A stretch of 63,276 nt of DNA, the filler included, from Octopus bimaculoides (lineage: Eukaryota), in NCBI RefSeq assembly GCF_001194135.2. It is 8 parts of 8 records of this genome, joined end to end, with 100 filler letters (N's around TTAATTAATTAA, not from the genome) between each part and the next. Parts side by side here need not be neighbours in the genome. Positions count along the whole stretch, not along the records: positions 1 to 8,806 come from NC_068988.1; positions 8,907 to 24,165 come from NC_069008.1; 6 more parts are not named here. The stretch is one strand, 5' to 3'. Positions 1 through 12,460 of this stretch are shown here, piece by piece. Numbering within the stretch: position 1 is the stretch's first letter; each line of letters opens with the position of its first letter. Made by a program: the position numbers and the translations under genes. The notes below the pieces were generated by a model. That model saw only the letters and a program-made list of their open reading frames with translations, did no database searches and was not told the DNA's origin.

Positions 1-456
1 TATATATATATGTACAGGATGGTCACGATCGGAACAACTTTTATCATAGATCTGCTATATAGGAGTCGATCTACCTCTAACAGCAACAAGAACAACAACA
101 AAAAAATCACAAAAGAATGAAGCTAAATACTGCAAAATGCACAACTACAACAACAACAACAAGAAAAGCCCATAACTACAACAGAGCAACAACTGTGATG
201 ATAACAACAAGTTCTGCAGGCCACTTCTGCAAGTTGTTCTGAATTTCTTTCATATAAAACAAAAAGTCTAATCGATTCTGCTGTAGTTTGAACAGCAATT
301 GTCTTTACGTTTCAATTCACTTTACATATTTTTTCCATTTACAATAATAGACTTCTTATCATTTCTTCATCTGTTTCCACCCACGTCATAGTTTTAGAGT
401 TTTCATGCACGCATGAATCTATTTCACGCTTGCAATACTATAGACGCACACAAAAA

Positions 457-547
<91 letters not shown>

Positions 548-934
548 CATCCTCACATATAAATATATTGTAAGAGTGTGTGTGTGTGTGCATGTATGTT
601 GATAAGTGTTTATATATACATCTATATATATGCACACACACACACATACACACATACACACACACACACATATACACACACNNNNNNNNNNTTTGGTAGA
701 CGGAAGCTGAAAGAAGCCCATCGTATATATGTATATATATAAACATACATATGTGTGTGTTTGTCCCGCACCCCCAACATCGCTTGACAACCGATGCTGG
801 TACGTTTACGTCCCCGTAACATTAGCGGTTCGGCAAAAGTGACCGATAGACTAAGTACTAGGCATACAAAGAATAAGTCCTGGGGTCGATTTGCTCGACT
901 ANNNNNNNNNNAGAGAGAGAGAGAGAGAGAGAGG

Positions 935-1120
935 GAGAATTCACGAAAAAACAACAGACGAAGACAGGTGGTGTAGAGAACAAACAGATGTATTAGTATA
1001 ACGCTCGGGAATAGAGAAATTTTTTAACGTTTTGAGCCTACGCTCCTCAACAGAAAGGAACACAGAGAGAAACAAGCAGAGAAAAAATATATAAGTGTAG
1101 TGGTCAGCGATCTATCATTA
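935..1120 (-). mobile_element. Copy of the short repeat carrying the CUGUUGA hammerhead-like motif (degenerate, about 1020-1059)
   Basis: Homologous to 8500-8690; the GAAAC box is mutated to AAAAC. Confidence 0.6.
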
Positions 1121-2170
1121 TAAATATATATATATGTACAGGATGGTCACGATCGGAACAACTTTTATCATAGATCTGCTATATAGGAGTCGATCTACCT
1201 CTAACAGCAACAAGAACAACAACAAAAAAATCACAAAAGAATGAAGCTAAATACTGCAAAATGCACAACTACAACAACAACAACAAGAAAAGCCCATAAC
1301 TACAACAGAGCAACAACTGTGATGATAACAACAAGTTCTGCAGGCCACTTCTGCAAGNNNNNNNNNNNNNNNNNNNNNNNNNNNNNNNNNNNNNNNNNNN
1401 NNNNNNNNNNNNNNNNNNNNNNNNNNNNNNNNNNNNNNNNNNNNNNNNNNNNNNNNNNNNNNNNNNNNNNNNNNNNNNNNNNNNNNNNNNNNNNNNNNNN
1501 NNNNNNNNNNNNNNNNNNNNNNNNNNNNNNNNNNNNNNNNNNNNNNNNNNNNNNNNNNNNNNNNNNNNNNNNNNNNNNNNNNNNNNNNNNNNNNNNNNNN
1601 NNNNNNNNNNNNNNNNNNNNNNNNNNNNNNNNNNNNNNNNNNNNNNNNNNNNNNNNNNNNNNNNNNNNNNNNNNNNNNNNNNNNNNNNNNNNNNNNNNNN
1701 NNNNNNNNNNNNNNNNNNNNNNNNNNNNNNNNNNNNNNNNNNNNNNNNNNNNNNNNNNNNNNNNNNNNNNNNNNNNNNNNNNNNNNNNNNNNNNNNNNNN
1801 NNNNNNNNNNNNNNNNNNNNNNNNNNNNNNNNNNNNNNNNNNNNNNNNNNNNNNNNNNNNNNNNNNNNNNNNNNNNNNNNNNNNNNNNNNNNNNNNNNNN
1901 NNNNNNNNNNNNNNNNNNNNNNNNNNNNNNNNNNNNNNNNNNNNNNNNNNNNNNNNNNNNNNNNNNNNNNNNNNNNNNNNNNNNNNNNNNNNNNNNNNNN
2001 NNNNNNNNNNNNNNNNNNNNNNNNNNNNNNNNNNNNNNNNNNNNNNNNNNNNNNNNNNNNNNNNNNNNNNNNNNNNATATGTATATATATATATATATAT
2101 GCATATATGCATATATATACACACGCACATATATAGTATATATATATATATATATACACACATACACATG

Positions 2171-2202
<32 letters not shown>

Positions 2203-2609
2203 CATATTTAACAGTGTGTGTCTGCATACGTACGGGCGTGGGTGTGCCTACGTATGTGTGTGTGTGTATGCGCATCTGTGTGTGTGCGTGCAGGCATGCG
2301 AGCGTAAGGGGATGCGGGCAGACGTTCGGGCAGACGTTCGGGCAGGCTTCGTGCCTGCGGGCAGACAGGCGTGCGAGTATGTTTTGTGTCAGAGTATGGC
2401 CATTTAAAAGTGAAATGCATTGAAAAATGGCATCACGAAACTCGTAGTAAACGACAGTTCATAAATCATCTTTTCTATTTTCTCCTTACCTTTGCATCAT
2501 CAAAAAATGTGCATCCGCGTTTGTGGAGTAGGTGTATGCACGCACCATTGATGTGCCTCTGAAGAGTTTGCTTTGGTCTTGTTGATAGAGTAGTATTCTA
2601 GCATTTGTG

Positions 2610-2759
2610 GCTGTGCCTCAAGGCGCTGTGCCTCAAGGCACTGTGCCTCAAGGCGCTGTGCCTCGAGGGGCTGTGCCTCAAGGCGCTGTGCCTCAAGGCG
2701 CTGTGCCTCAAGGCGCTGTGCCTCAAGGCGCTGTGCCTCAAGGCGCTGTGCCTCAAGGC
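2610..2759. repeat. 15-bp minisatellite (GCTGTGCCTCAAGGC) x10
   Basis: Ten contiguous units, two with substitutions, no spacers. Confidence 0.95.
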
Positions 2760-3006
2760 GCTGTCCCCCAGTCTTTCCCTAGTGTCGTTCTTCAGTAGTA
2801 TTTACTTGCCCTCGTCAGCGAGGCTGTCAGCGCTGACGCAGGTATATCTGTGTTGACGATGGTACATTTGTGTCTGTCTTGTCTTGTTAACGCGTTATAT
2901 TGCTCTGTTTTCCAGCGAGAGCTATTATCAACGTTCATATACAACAGTGCCGCTAGACTGGGGTCCATATGGCCCTTGGGGGTTCACGGAAGATTTTGTT
3001 AGCTTT

Positions 3007-3187
3007 GTGGTAAGTAGCTTGCTTAAGAACCACATGGTTCCGGGTTCAGTCCCACTGCGTGCCACCTTGGGCAAGTGTCTTCTATTATAGCCTCGGGCCG
3101 ACCAAAGCCTTGTGAGTGGATTTGGAAGACGGAAACTAAAAGAAGCCCGTCGTATAAATGTATATATATATGTATATAGATGTGTGT

Positions 3188-3249
<62 letters not shown>

Positions 3250-3455
3250 TTGTGTGTCTGTGTTTGTCCCCCAACATCACTTGACAACCGATGCTGGTGT
3301 GTTTACGTCCCGGTAACATAGCGGTTCGGCAAAAGAGACCGATAGAATAAGTACTAGGCTTACAAAGAATAAGTCTCAGGGTCGATTTGTTCGACTGAAG
3401 ACAGTGCTCCAGCATGGCCGCAGTCAAATGACTGAAACAGCTAAAAGAGTAAAGA
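3007..3455 (+). mobile_element. Abundant octopus-type tRNA-headed SINE, near full length, CpG-intact
   Basis: Head gtggtaagtagcttgc...ccgggttcagtccc, internal (TG)n, tail gaaacag..aaaagag. Many homologues in the window. Confidence 0.85.
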
Positions 3456-4966
3456 GTAATAAATTAGTCAAACTTGTACAATACACAAAAAATATTTTAA
3501 CAATTTTTGATGATATCTATTTCCTGATGATATTTATTTATAAAAATATATGATGTTTTAATAAATATCGAATGGTTATGGGAGTCAATCCGAGGAGAAT
3601 ATGAAAGAGTCTTCACGTTTCTATTACAGATATCTTTCAAACAAGGACGGGGTTCGCCCTTGTGTTATCTTGTATAGCTTTAGTGATACGGAAGGTACTC
3701 TACAGTTAATAGAGCTATAAGGAAATGTTCTGCTGCTTTTACTGTGATACAATGAAGTAACACAGAAAAGGAAAATATGATATGGCTTTCGGAACAATAA
3801 TGATGTGTAATAATTCGATATCTGATCGAGATGGCAGATTGTCTGCCGCTGTCGATGTATCTCTTTACACTCACAATCACTTCCACATCGTGCTGTTTGC
3901 TTTTCTCATCAAAATTAACTTCAGTTTGACCCTTCAATGACCCTTAGATGCCTTTGGCGAACTGCAAACTGGAGAAGTGATTGAGCCAGTTTTCCTGCCT
4001 GAGTATAGCTTTTCTATTTCCTCCTTCCCACAAATACCGGTGACTCTGTAAGCTAAGTGTGTGTGTGTTTGTGTGTTCATGAATATGTTTCAGTTGGGTT
4101 ATGTAGTGGTGTGAAGTAAACCGCAAGGAAAAAAGCAGAAATGCTTCCTCCGAGGAGTTTCCATCCAATATTTTTCCTCCAACTAAATTACTCACACAAG
4201 TCTTTGCTCCACTCCTCACTTTCAAATTAATAGCAATGAACAACTTCATGCATCGTTCAGTGGTATTCTACTTGAAACCAGATAACTGAAAGTCGAACAT
4301 TTTTGCCACATAACTATGTCTGCATCAACACATGCATATTGTAAACCATTTTGGTTGAAAGTTACTGAGTCAGTTAATATGCATATTAGAAGCAATTGTA
4401 TTCCTTCTGACTTTACATGCTGGGTTTTCGACTGTTTCAAGTGCGATCTGGCAGAAAGAGTGTCTCTGTGTGTACTCATTACTTTATAGGTACATCAGAC
4501 AATTTGCGATACCGTGTTACATGTTACTAATTTATAGCTGCTCACGAGTGATGGCGGCCTGCTGGGCTGTTATTGTTTTGGTTAATATTTTAAGGTAAAT
4601 GTTTAACCAGAGGTAAAAGACTTGTTCTAGTGTCTCAAGTTTAGAAGATTTGTGAGGAAAGATTGGAAGTAATACTTAACCTGGAGTCCTGGCTCCAAAT
4701 ATTGGCAACCGTAAGGACTCCATTAAAGCCATACAAAAGCCAGGTGAGAGGTCGTTTTGAATCGGGTGATGTACTGAACATGCCACAGAACGAGTGTATA
4801 TGCTTTCAGAGAGCCATGCGAGTAAATTTCACTTTCAAGCTTTTAGGTGTCTCGTGATAATTGTATGAGACACAAACACAATGCTTTGTACAGTGTTGTT
4901 CGACGTGACTCCTCAGGAGTGTACAGTAAACTTCTTAGTAGCATAAAGTTGCCTTCTTCATTATTA

Positions 4967-5113
4967 GACATGCATGAGTCAACTCAAACATTCCTGAACC
5001 AACACAGACATACCTGAGTCAACACAAATAAGCCTGAGTCAACATAGATATGCCCGAGTCAACAGCAGACATGCCTGAGTCAACACAGATACTCCTGCAG
5101 TAACATAGATACA
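4967..5113. repeat. Degenerate 20-bp minisatellite (about 7 units, cctgagtcaacacagacatg-like)
   Basis: Visible 20-21 bp periodicity. Confidence 0.8.
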
Positions 5114-7208
5114 CCTTCGTCACTACACTCAATGCAGACTTTCTGTAGAAGTGTATTATACCAGTTAATATCCCAGAATCAAAGTATTGACCAGACCATC
5201 AAATGCTGTTATACATCGCTGATCACAATGCGCCTCCAATTCTACTTCGATAGCACAATTCTTTTCCATCTTAACCCAAATTGCTTGGTAAAATCGTTGT
5301 GGTGGCCTTCCAAGAGGTCTTTTTCGGATATTTTGGATAATGCTCGGCAACTGCACGAATTCACCTGTTGTCTGTGAACCACGTGACATGTCCGGCCCAG
5401 TAGATCATTTGCTTTCTGTACTCTGCGATCACATGGTCATTCCGCTCCGTTCTCGAATTATTCCATTTCTAATGTGCTCTCTCAATAATAGTCTTAGCAT
5501 GAATCTTTCCATAACCCTTTCAGTCGTAACCAATATACGCATTAGTAAGAATTTATTTTGATATTATTGACCATTATAAGAGTTTTATCTATGGATTTGT
5601 GTATTAGTGACGACTGACATGTTCCACTTTTCGCGTAGATCTGTTTGATATATTAATCACCGAGTAGAAATGCAAACCGTTAAGATGTTGACTCGATGAA
5701 TGGATAAATAATCTAACTAGTTGTTTGATTGGATATTCTTATTACTAATTCGATTGTCTACCTACCCTACTCAGCTAGATGATTTATGAATTTCTTGACT
5801 GATGGAGTAAAAGATTGATTGGTGAACGGTTTTGCTAATTAATTTGCCCGTTGTTTGAAGAATGACTTTGACGATTGACTGAACAACTTTACTAATAATT
5901 TCATGATTTTTCGCTACGATTTACTTGGCTGATTGCGACATGTATTTGCTATCTAATTGTTAATTGCTTGATTGATCCATCCATCCATCCATCCAGTCTA
6001 TCTATCCATCGATTTGTTACTCTGTTTCCTACTTTATAAATAGATTCAACAATTGGTCGGCTGATTTGGCAAACGTTCAGAAAAGAATTGATATAAATTG
6101 TAATTATATTGCTTATGTATGTCTTCAAACCCCGTGAGGTTCGAGAGCAGTGATGTTGATTTCCTGTTTTATAGTAATGAAGCTCTGTCTCATCTACATG
6201 ATCTTCTGAGATATTCTCGCATACGATATCTTAAGTGGGTCACATACAATAATGATGCTGATGTCCATCTTTCGTAGATAATGAAATACGAAGCATAGAT
6301 TTAGCATAGAATTCTCCAATTCATGTCAAATTTTCTGAGATATATTCCCAGATGGTGGTTTAACCAGTTTGTGTATGTTGAAGTTTGTCCTCAATACATG
6401 ACATTGATTAAAAGTGAAAATCTCAGCCTGATTTATACGTTCTTCTGAGACACATTCGCACGCAATAGATGAATAGGGCTACGTACTGCGAAGTCTGTCC
6501 TTGACAATCGATGAAATATTTGGAACAGGTATAAAAGAAAGATCTATGAAACTGGTGGTGAAAGCCTATAAATGTTTGAGTGAAGGTGACATTTGCTCAG
6601 CCTGATCCATGAAGCGTTAGTCATTAGAATACGGTAGAAGAGACAAAGAAATAAAATGGCGAGCCTATTGTGTGTGTCTAAAACCAGGGTACGTCTATGA
6701 GTAACTGTCAGTCGGATTGCATTTTTCCTGGGTGTGGTTTAGAGCGTCTGTAAGTGCAGCACAAACACCGTCCCTTATATGAGATTAAAACTTCATTGTA
6801 TGCCTCCGCTGGGTTTTGTAAAGCAAATAAGTATCATTCTTTCTTTATAATGAGAAGACTTTCAGTTTTTGACAAGACCTATTTCTAATAATATAAAACA
6901 ATATAGAGGGTTATATTTCAAAATATGGTATAAAACGATACAGACTACTACCTTTTACATGATACGGTCATTTAATTACGACCATGCTGGGACACCGCCT
7001 TGAAGGATTTTAGTCGGACGAGTCGAGCGCGATCGTTATTTTATTTATTTATTTATTTTTGTGTGAAGCTTGGTACTTGTTCTATCGGTGTCTTTTACCG
7101 AACCGCTAGGTTACAGGGACGTAAACATACCAACACCAATTGTCAAGCACTGGTGGAGAGCAAGCCCAGAAACATAAGAACACACAGACACACACACGCG
7201 CACACATA

Positions 7209-7260
<52 letters not shown>

Positions 7261-7321
7261 TATGTATATATATATATATGTATGTATGTATGTATATATA
7301 CATACATATATACATATATAC

Positions 7322-7700
7322 TCTTTTACTCTTTTACTTGTTTCACTCAGTTGACTGTGGCCATGCTGGAGCACCGCTTTTAGTCGACCAATTCGACCCC
7401 AGGACTTATTCTTTGTAAGCCTAGTACTTATTCTATCGGTCTCTTGTGCCGAACCGCTATATTACGGGGACGTAAACACACCACCATCGGTTCTCAAGCG
7501 ATGTCGGGGGAACAAACACAGACACATACATATATACGATGGGCTTCTTTCAGTTTCCGTCTACCATATCCACTCACAAGGCTTTGGTCGGCCCGAGACT
7601 ATAATAGAAGACACTTGCCCAAGATGCCACGCAGTGGGACTGAACTCGGAGCCATGTGGTCGGTTAGCAAGCTACTTACCACACAGCCACTCCTACGCCT
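7322..7700 (-). mobile_element. Same SINE family, full length (partial copies at about 6975-7200 minus and 7720-7815 plus)
   Basis: Reverse complement of the 3007-3455 sequence including the head ggcgtaggagtggctgtgtgg. Confidence 0.85.
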
Positions 7701-8441
7701 GAGTTTTCGCGTCTGTGATTAACGGGAAAGAATACTAGGGTCGATTCATTCGACTAAAAATTCAAGGCGGTGCCCCAGCATGGCCACAATCAAATGAAAC
7801 AAGTAAAAGATAGAATATAATTCTAGAATATCTTTTATAAGTTTGCCTTTCCTTTTGTTTGTTTTTGTTTTCTTTCTAATTTCTTAATATTTTCCACTAC
7901 ATTTATTCTTGTTCATTTCTTTTTTTTAAAGTAGTTTTATCGACTATTTGAAAACCTTATTGACATGTTGCTGTTGTCATTGTTGATGTTGTTGTTGTTG
8001 TTGTTGTTGTTGTTGATGTTATTGTTGCTGTTGTTGTGGCTGCTCTCGCCGCCTCCGCTGCCGTCGTTTTCATTGTGCTGTCATTTCTATCAGAACAGAC
8101 CGAGGAGACGTCTTTTGTCTCGTCTGCTAGCGACTCCGTTCACTTATCAACCGGTTATTGGTGTTTGTTTGCTAAACTGACTTGTCATAACATCATATTT
8201 GAATTAGCAGCCTGATTAACAGTTAGACGACTTGCCTACTTACTTACTCCAGGGAATCACTTTTTGGTCAATTAACGTGCTTATGCGTATATATAGCCAC
8301 ACTTAAGTGGCAATATACTACACTTTATCGTGCAGTTACTGTTAATACTTCATTTAGAGAATTAACATTGCTTATATATATATATATATACACATATACT
8401 CACACACGTGTGTGTGTGCGTGCGAGTGTATGTGAGTGTAT

Positions 8442-8492
<51 letters not shown>

Positions 8493-8582
8493 AGAATGTA
8501 CGAGAAAATAAACAATAACAGACGAGGACAGGTGGTGTAAACAACAAAAGGATGTATTAGTTTAACGCTCGGGAATAGAGAA

Positions 8583-8623
8583 AGTCTTTAACGTTTCGAG
8601 CTACGCTCTTCAACAGAAAGACT
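8583..8623 (-). ncRNA. Minimal hammerhead-like motif, A6U variant core; best copy of a four-copy repeat family
   Basis: Minus strand reads AGUCUUU CUGUUGA A GAGC-gua-GCUC GAAAC GUU/AAAGACU. 7-bp stem I, 4-bp stem II, palindromic AACGUU. Confidence 0.45.
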
Positions 8624-8806
8624 ACGGAGAAAAACACGGACAAAAAAAATTGAATGGTGTTGGTCAACGGTCTATCATGACTACTGTCATGGCTTCTGTT
8701 GACCGGAAGTTAGAAAGTTTACACAGGAGAGCTAAGAAAAGGGGGAGATAACAAAGGAGAAAAAGAACGGTGATCGAAGAACGAGGAGCTGTGTGTGTGT
8801 GTGTGT

Positions 8807-8906
8807 NNNNNNNNNNNNNNNNNNNNNNNNNNNNNNNNNNNNNNNNNNNNTTAATTAATTAANNNNNNNNNNNNNNNNNNNNNNNNNNNNNNNNNNNNNN
8901 NNNNNN
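8807..8906. other. Artificial scaffold-join linker 44N-TTAATTAATTAA-44N; the same 12-mer occurs at 24210, 32340, 35331, 50634, 54437 and 61035
   Basis: An identical palindromic six-frame-stop 12-mer is centred in 100-bp gaps seven times. Confidence 0.95.
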
Positions 8907-9003
8907 ATATATATATATATATATATATATATAACATAGAGTTAAAGATGAAAATAAAATATAAAAATTAGAAAATTATACAAGAAAATTGTGATATACG
9001 TAC

Positions 9004-9331
9004 CGTTTTCAGAGAGCAAAATATACGATGAACAGCTGCAGTTATAATCTCGAATTTCTTTTAGGTAAGTCGATCGATGCATATAACACGGGCCATTACA
9101 GTAGCTAAAATATTCGCATTCATCGCGTGAAATACACCGAAATGCACACTCTTTTGGAGATGAGGTGTATTCAGTCATTTTCTTCTGATCAATTAAGCAT
9201 TTTGATGTTGTGATTTTTCTGAATAGGCCTTCTCTATACGTTAATTCTCCAGATATAGGAGTCATGAAAAATACATGAGTCAAAGCTGGTAGCAATATGA
9301 GAATCAAATGATAATGAAATGATATTTTCAT
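9004..9331 (-). CDS. First coding exon of a secreted or membrane protein: signal peptide plus PAN/Apple-like domain
   Basis: Pyrimidine-rich acceptor (tttttcag) 2 nt before the ATG at 9331. Hydrophobic N-terminus MKISFHYHLILILLPALTHVFF. Cys pattern ECAFRC-x4-C-x-YFSY-x3-PC fits PAN/Apple. Phase-1 donor G|gtacgt at 9003. Confidence 0.7.
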
Positions 9332-10540
9332 TCCTGAAAAATATAAAAAAAAGTATCTTATAATAATTCTGCTTGTCATTGCGTTACTTAGCCCGTCGGT
9401 TAATGCTTTCGCGTGATTAGACAAAAGGTGGGATAAAGAAAAGAAGGAGAGAGAAAAAGAGGAAGGGAGAAAAAGAGGGAGAGAGAAGCGTCCATGAGGT
9501 GAGGTAGAGAGAATGTAATTGCAAAGCTTTCATGTGATTTGTTGAAAGGAAAGAGAAGAGAAAGGAAAAAGAGAGAGAAAAATGACTGCCCTGGAAAAAC
9601 GACTGTCTAGGAATAAATAGAGAGAATTCTTCCGTTATAGAATACGTACACAAATATCAGCATAGGGAATACTGACGGAACAGTCCTAACAGAGCATCTG
9701 TCAAATGTATGTACAACAGGCCGGACATTGTTATTTGGGACAACGAGAAAAAAGTATGTACCATCATAAAGTTCAGCTGATGTGAATATCTCTTTGAAAA
9801 TCAGAGAGAAAGAATATATTTATGGACAACTGCTTTGAAAACTCCAGCTTCTATATCCGGATAACAAATTTACATTTATGCAAATAAGAACTGGAACATT
9901 TGGTTTATAAATTGCTAATTGTCAGTGTTGAAAAGCTTGGATTTTCAGTAAAAAGAAATCAACCAAAATATGACGAATACGCTTCTTTGTCACTTTCATT
10001 ATAGCTTTGAAAAAAGTAACTGTTAAAATTGAACTGCATTCGTCAAAACTTGCACTAAGAATAAGGAGAAGGTAAAATTGCTACCTACTTTTATAGTTAA
10101 TTACTGCAGGTAATATTTCCCGCCCCCTCCGACTTTTAGTTCATGCAATTGAAATGACCGCATTATTTATGGGATGACCCGAGCGGGAAATTTAGACAGT
10201 GTCACGTGACAACTTGCTGGGGCAGCCTGCTGGAGCCTAGCAGCAGGTATAAAAAAGGGGAATTTGACATGACAATCAGTCGGACGCTGACACTCGTTGA
10301 TGCTGCATCGAAGAGGCCAGGGAATAGAAGAAAGAAGACACGCACCCAACACCAGAGCTGAAGACACCTCCGAAAGGGTGGGGGGGCCGCCACGTCAAAA
10401 CGGTAGAGGAGTAGGGGCCGAAACCGGACGTGGTTCCTCCTGATGATGTCTTCAGCTAACTGGATCCTATAAAGGAGCTGTTGTGGTAGCAGACCACGAA
10501 ACATGGTTGAAATTCCTCCTTCATTTGTACTTGTATCTGC

Positions 10541-11010
10541 GTGAGTATTTTGCTTTATGAATTCAATAAAGGCAACGATGCAACAGTAAGTGAGAGGAAT
10601 ATTAATGCAGTATATTGGGATCGGAGAATAAGCGTAATCCAGTATCAACGGTGGTTCCAGAAACTCCGAGCCGGAAACTACAGCCTAGAAGACAAGCCTC
10701 GTCCTGGAAGATCTGTAGAGCTCGATGAGGATGTCTTGCAAACCCTGGTAGAACAAAATTCCATCGTAACTGTTGAGAAATTAGAAGAGAAGCTTGGATT
10801 TGGTCATTCAATCATTCATCGATACCTGCAAGACATCGGAAAAGTCAGCAAATTGGTTCAACGGGTTCCTCACAAACGTTTCAAGTCTAATCGCTCGCAG
10901 AGAGTGCAAGTGTGCTCTTCTTTGCTTTCACGTCTCACAAATTTGGACCGAATAGTGACTGGTGATGAGAAATCGGTTAGTAGAGTCTGGGCCGGCTACT
11001 GCGTGCTGGC
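10541..11010 (+). mobile_element. mariner (Mos1/SETMAR-like) transposase N-terminal fragment
   Basis: LLYEFNKG...QRWFQKLRAGNYSLEDKPRPGRSVELDED HTH region, a degenerate WVPH motif (RVPH) and RIVTGDEK. Truncated by a microsatellite. Confidence 0.85.
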
Positions 11011-11119
11011 ACCGAGTTGATGTTCTCACAACTATGTGTATATATGCATACATATACATATATATAAACAGACATCCACACACACACACGCACACACGCA
11101 CACACACACACACACACAG

Positions 11120-11151
<32 letters not shown>

Positions 11152-12069
11152 ACACACACACACAGGCGCATATACATGTATATATACATATATTAGACAT
11201 CTACATAGCATAATCCATATATAGACTCTGTCGATAGTCCAGTTTCTGCAGTATTTTTCTCGAGATAACATCTTTTAAGGTCGTGTTGAGTTACAAACGC
11301 AATATATATCAGAGGGAGACGAAAATTCGTCCCAGCGCGGTCAATGAGACAGATTAGGGTTAGGGTTAGCCAAGTACTTATTCTTTCGGTCTCTTTTGCC
11401 GAACCGCTAAGTTACGGGGACGTAAACACACCAGCATCGGTTGTCAAGCAATGTTGGGGAGACAAACACAAACACAAACATACACGCACACATATATATA
11501 CATATACATTTCGGTCTTCTGGGGGTTTTCGGTGGCCTGTACTCACGGCCAGCTACATACTCGTACGTGATTTCGTCGTCTCTGATATAAGAGAGAGTGA
11601 ATAAAATATTCACTGATGTTGCAAACAACTACTAGGCTGAATTAAAAACCGGTATACACAATTGAGGCAAAATCTGATCAAAATAGTCATCTCTGTATCA
11701 TACTTAACGTATGGTATAGTGTCGATAGGTTTGTTACTGCACGTTTGTGCATGTGGTTGGCTGCGTGTATCGTCAACGCAACATCAGTATGATTGCTACC
11801 ACCATCAGCACCCACCGCTTATGACAACATAAATAATAACTATAACAACAACAATGACATTATAAACACAAGTAAAACCTTATTCACATCCAAACCATCA
11901 GCTAGAATACCACCGCTCTCATAAACAAAAATGATCATTAATTACATCGTCACAGATACAATTGATTAAGAATTCATTACATTGATAAACATCACACAGG
12001 AAAATGAAATCTCTGCAACAAAAGCATACTGATATATGAAAGCAACAAAAGATATACTTTTTTACACTT

Positions 12070-12460
12070 TTTCTTGTTTCAGTCATTTGACTGCGGCCAT
12101 GCTGGAGCGCTGCCTTTAGTCGAGCAAATCGCCCCCAGGACTTATTCTTTGTAAGCCTAGTACTTATTCTTTCGGTCTTTTTTGCCGAACCGCTAAGTTA
12201 CGGGGACGTAAACACACCAGCATCGGTTGTCAAGCAATGTTGGGGAGACAAACACAAACACAAACATACACGCACACATATATATACATATACATACATA
12301 CGAAGGGCTTCTTTCAGTTTCCGTCTACCAAATCTACTCACAAGTCTTTGGTCGGCCCAAGGCTGTAGTAGAAGACATTTACCCAAGGTGCCACGCAGTG
12401 GGACTGAACCTGGAACCATGTGGTTGGTAAGCAAGCTACTTACCTCACAGCCACTCATGC
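12070..12460 (-). mobile_element. Same SINE family (partial copy also at about 11365-11480)
   Basis: Homology to 7322-7700. Confidence 0.85.

Noticed and set aside
2605-2856. ORFs (AVPQG)n and (LCLKA)n, or a CRISPR-like array
   Set aside because: They are translations of a 15-bp minisatellite with no spacers, splice sites or flanking domain.
5165-5389. Continuation exon of the PAN gene on the minus strand
   Set aside because: The acceptor lacks a pyrimidine tract, no domain is recognisable, and it lies across a scaffold join of uncertain orientation.
8851-8862. Recurrent TTAATTAATTAA palindrome (7 times) as a biological motif or homeobox site
   Set aside because: Always centred in 44 N + 44 N; it is an artificial six-frame-stop join linker.
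10432-10520. Hammerhead at CTGATGA 10440 with GAAAC near 10498
   Set aside because: Stem II does not close onto the GAAA box and stem I pairs only 2 bp; at best a degenerate relic.
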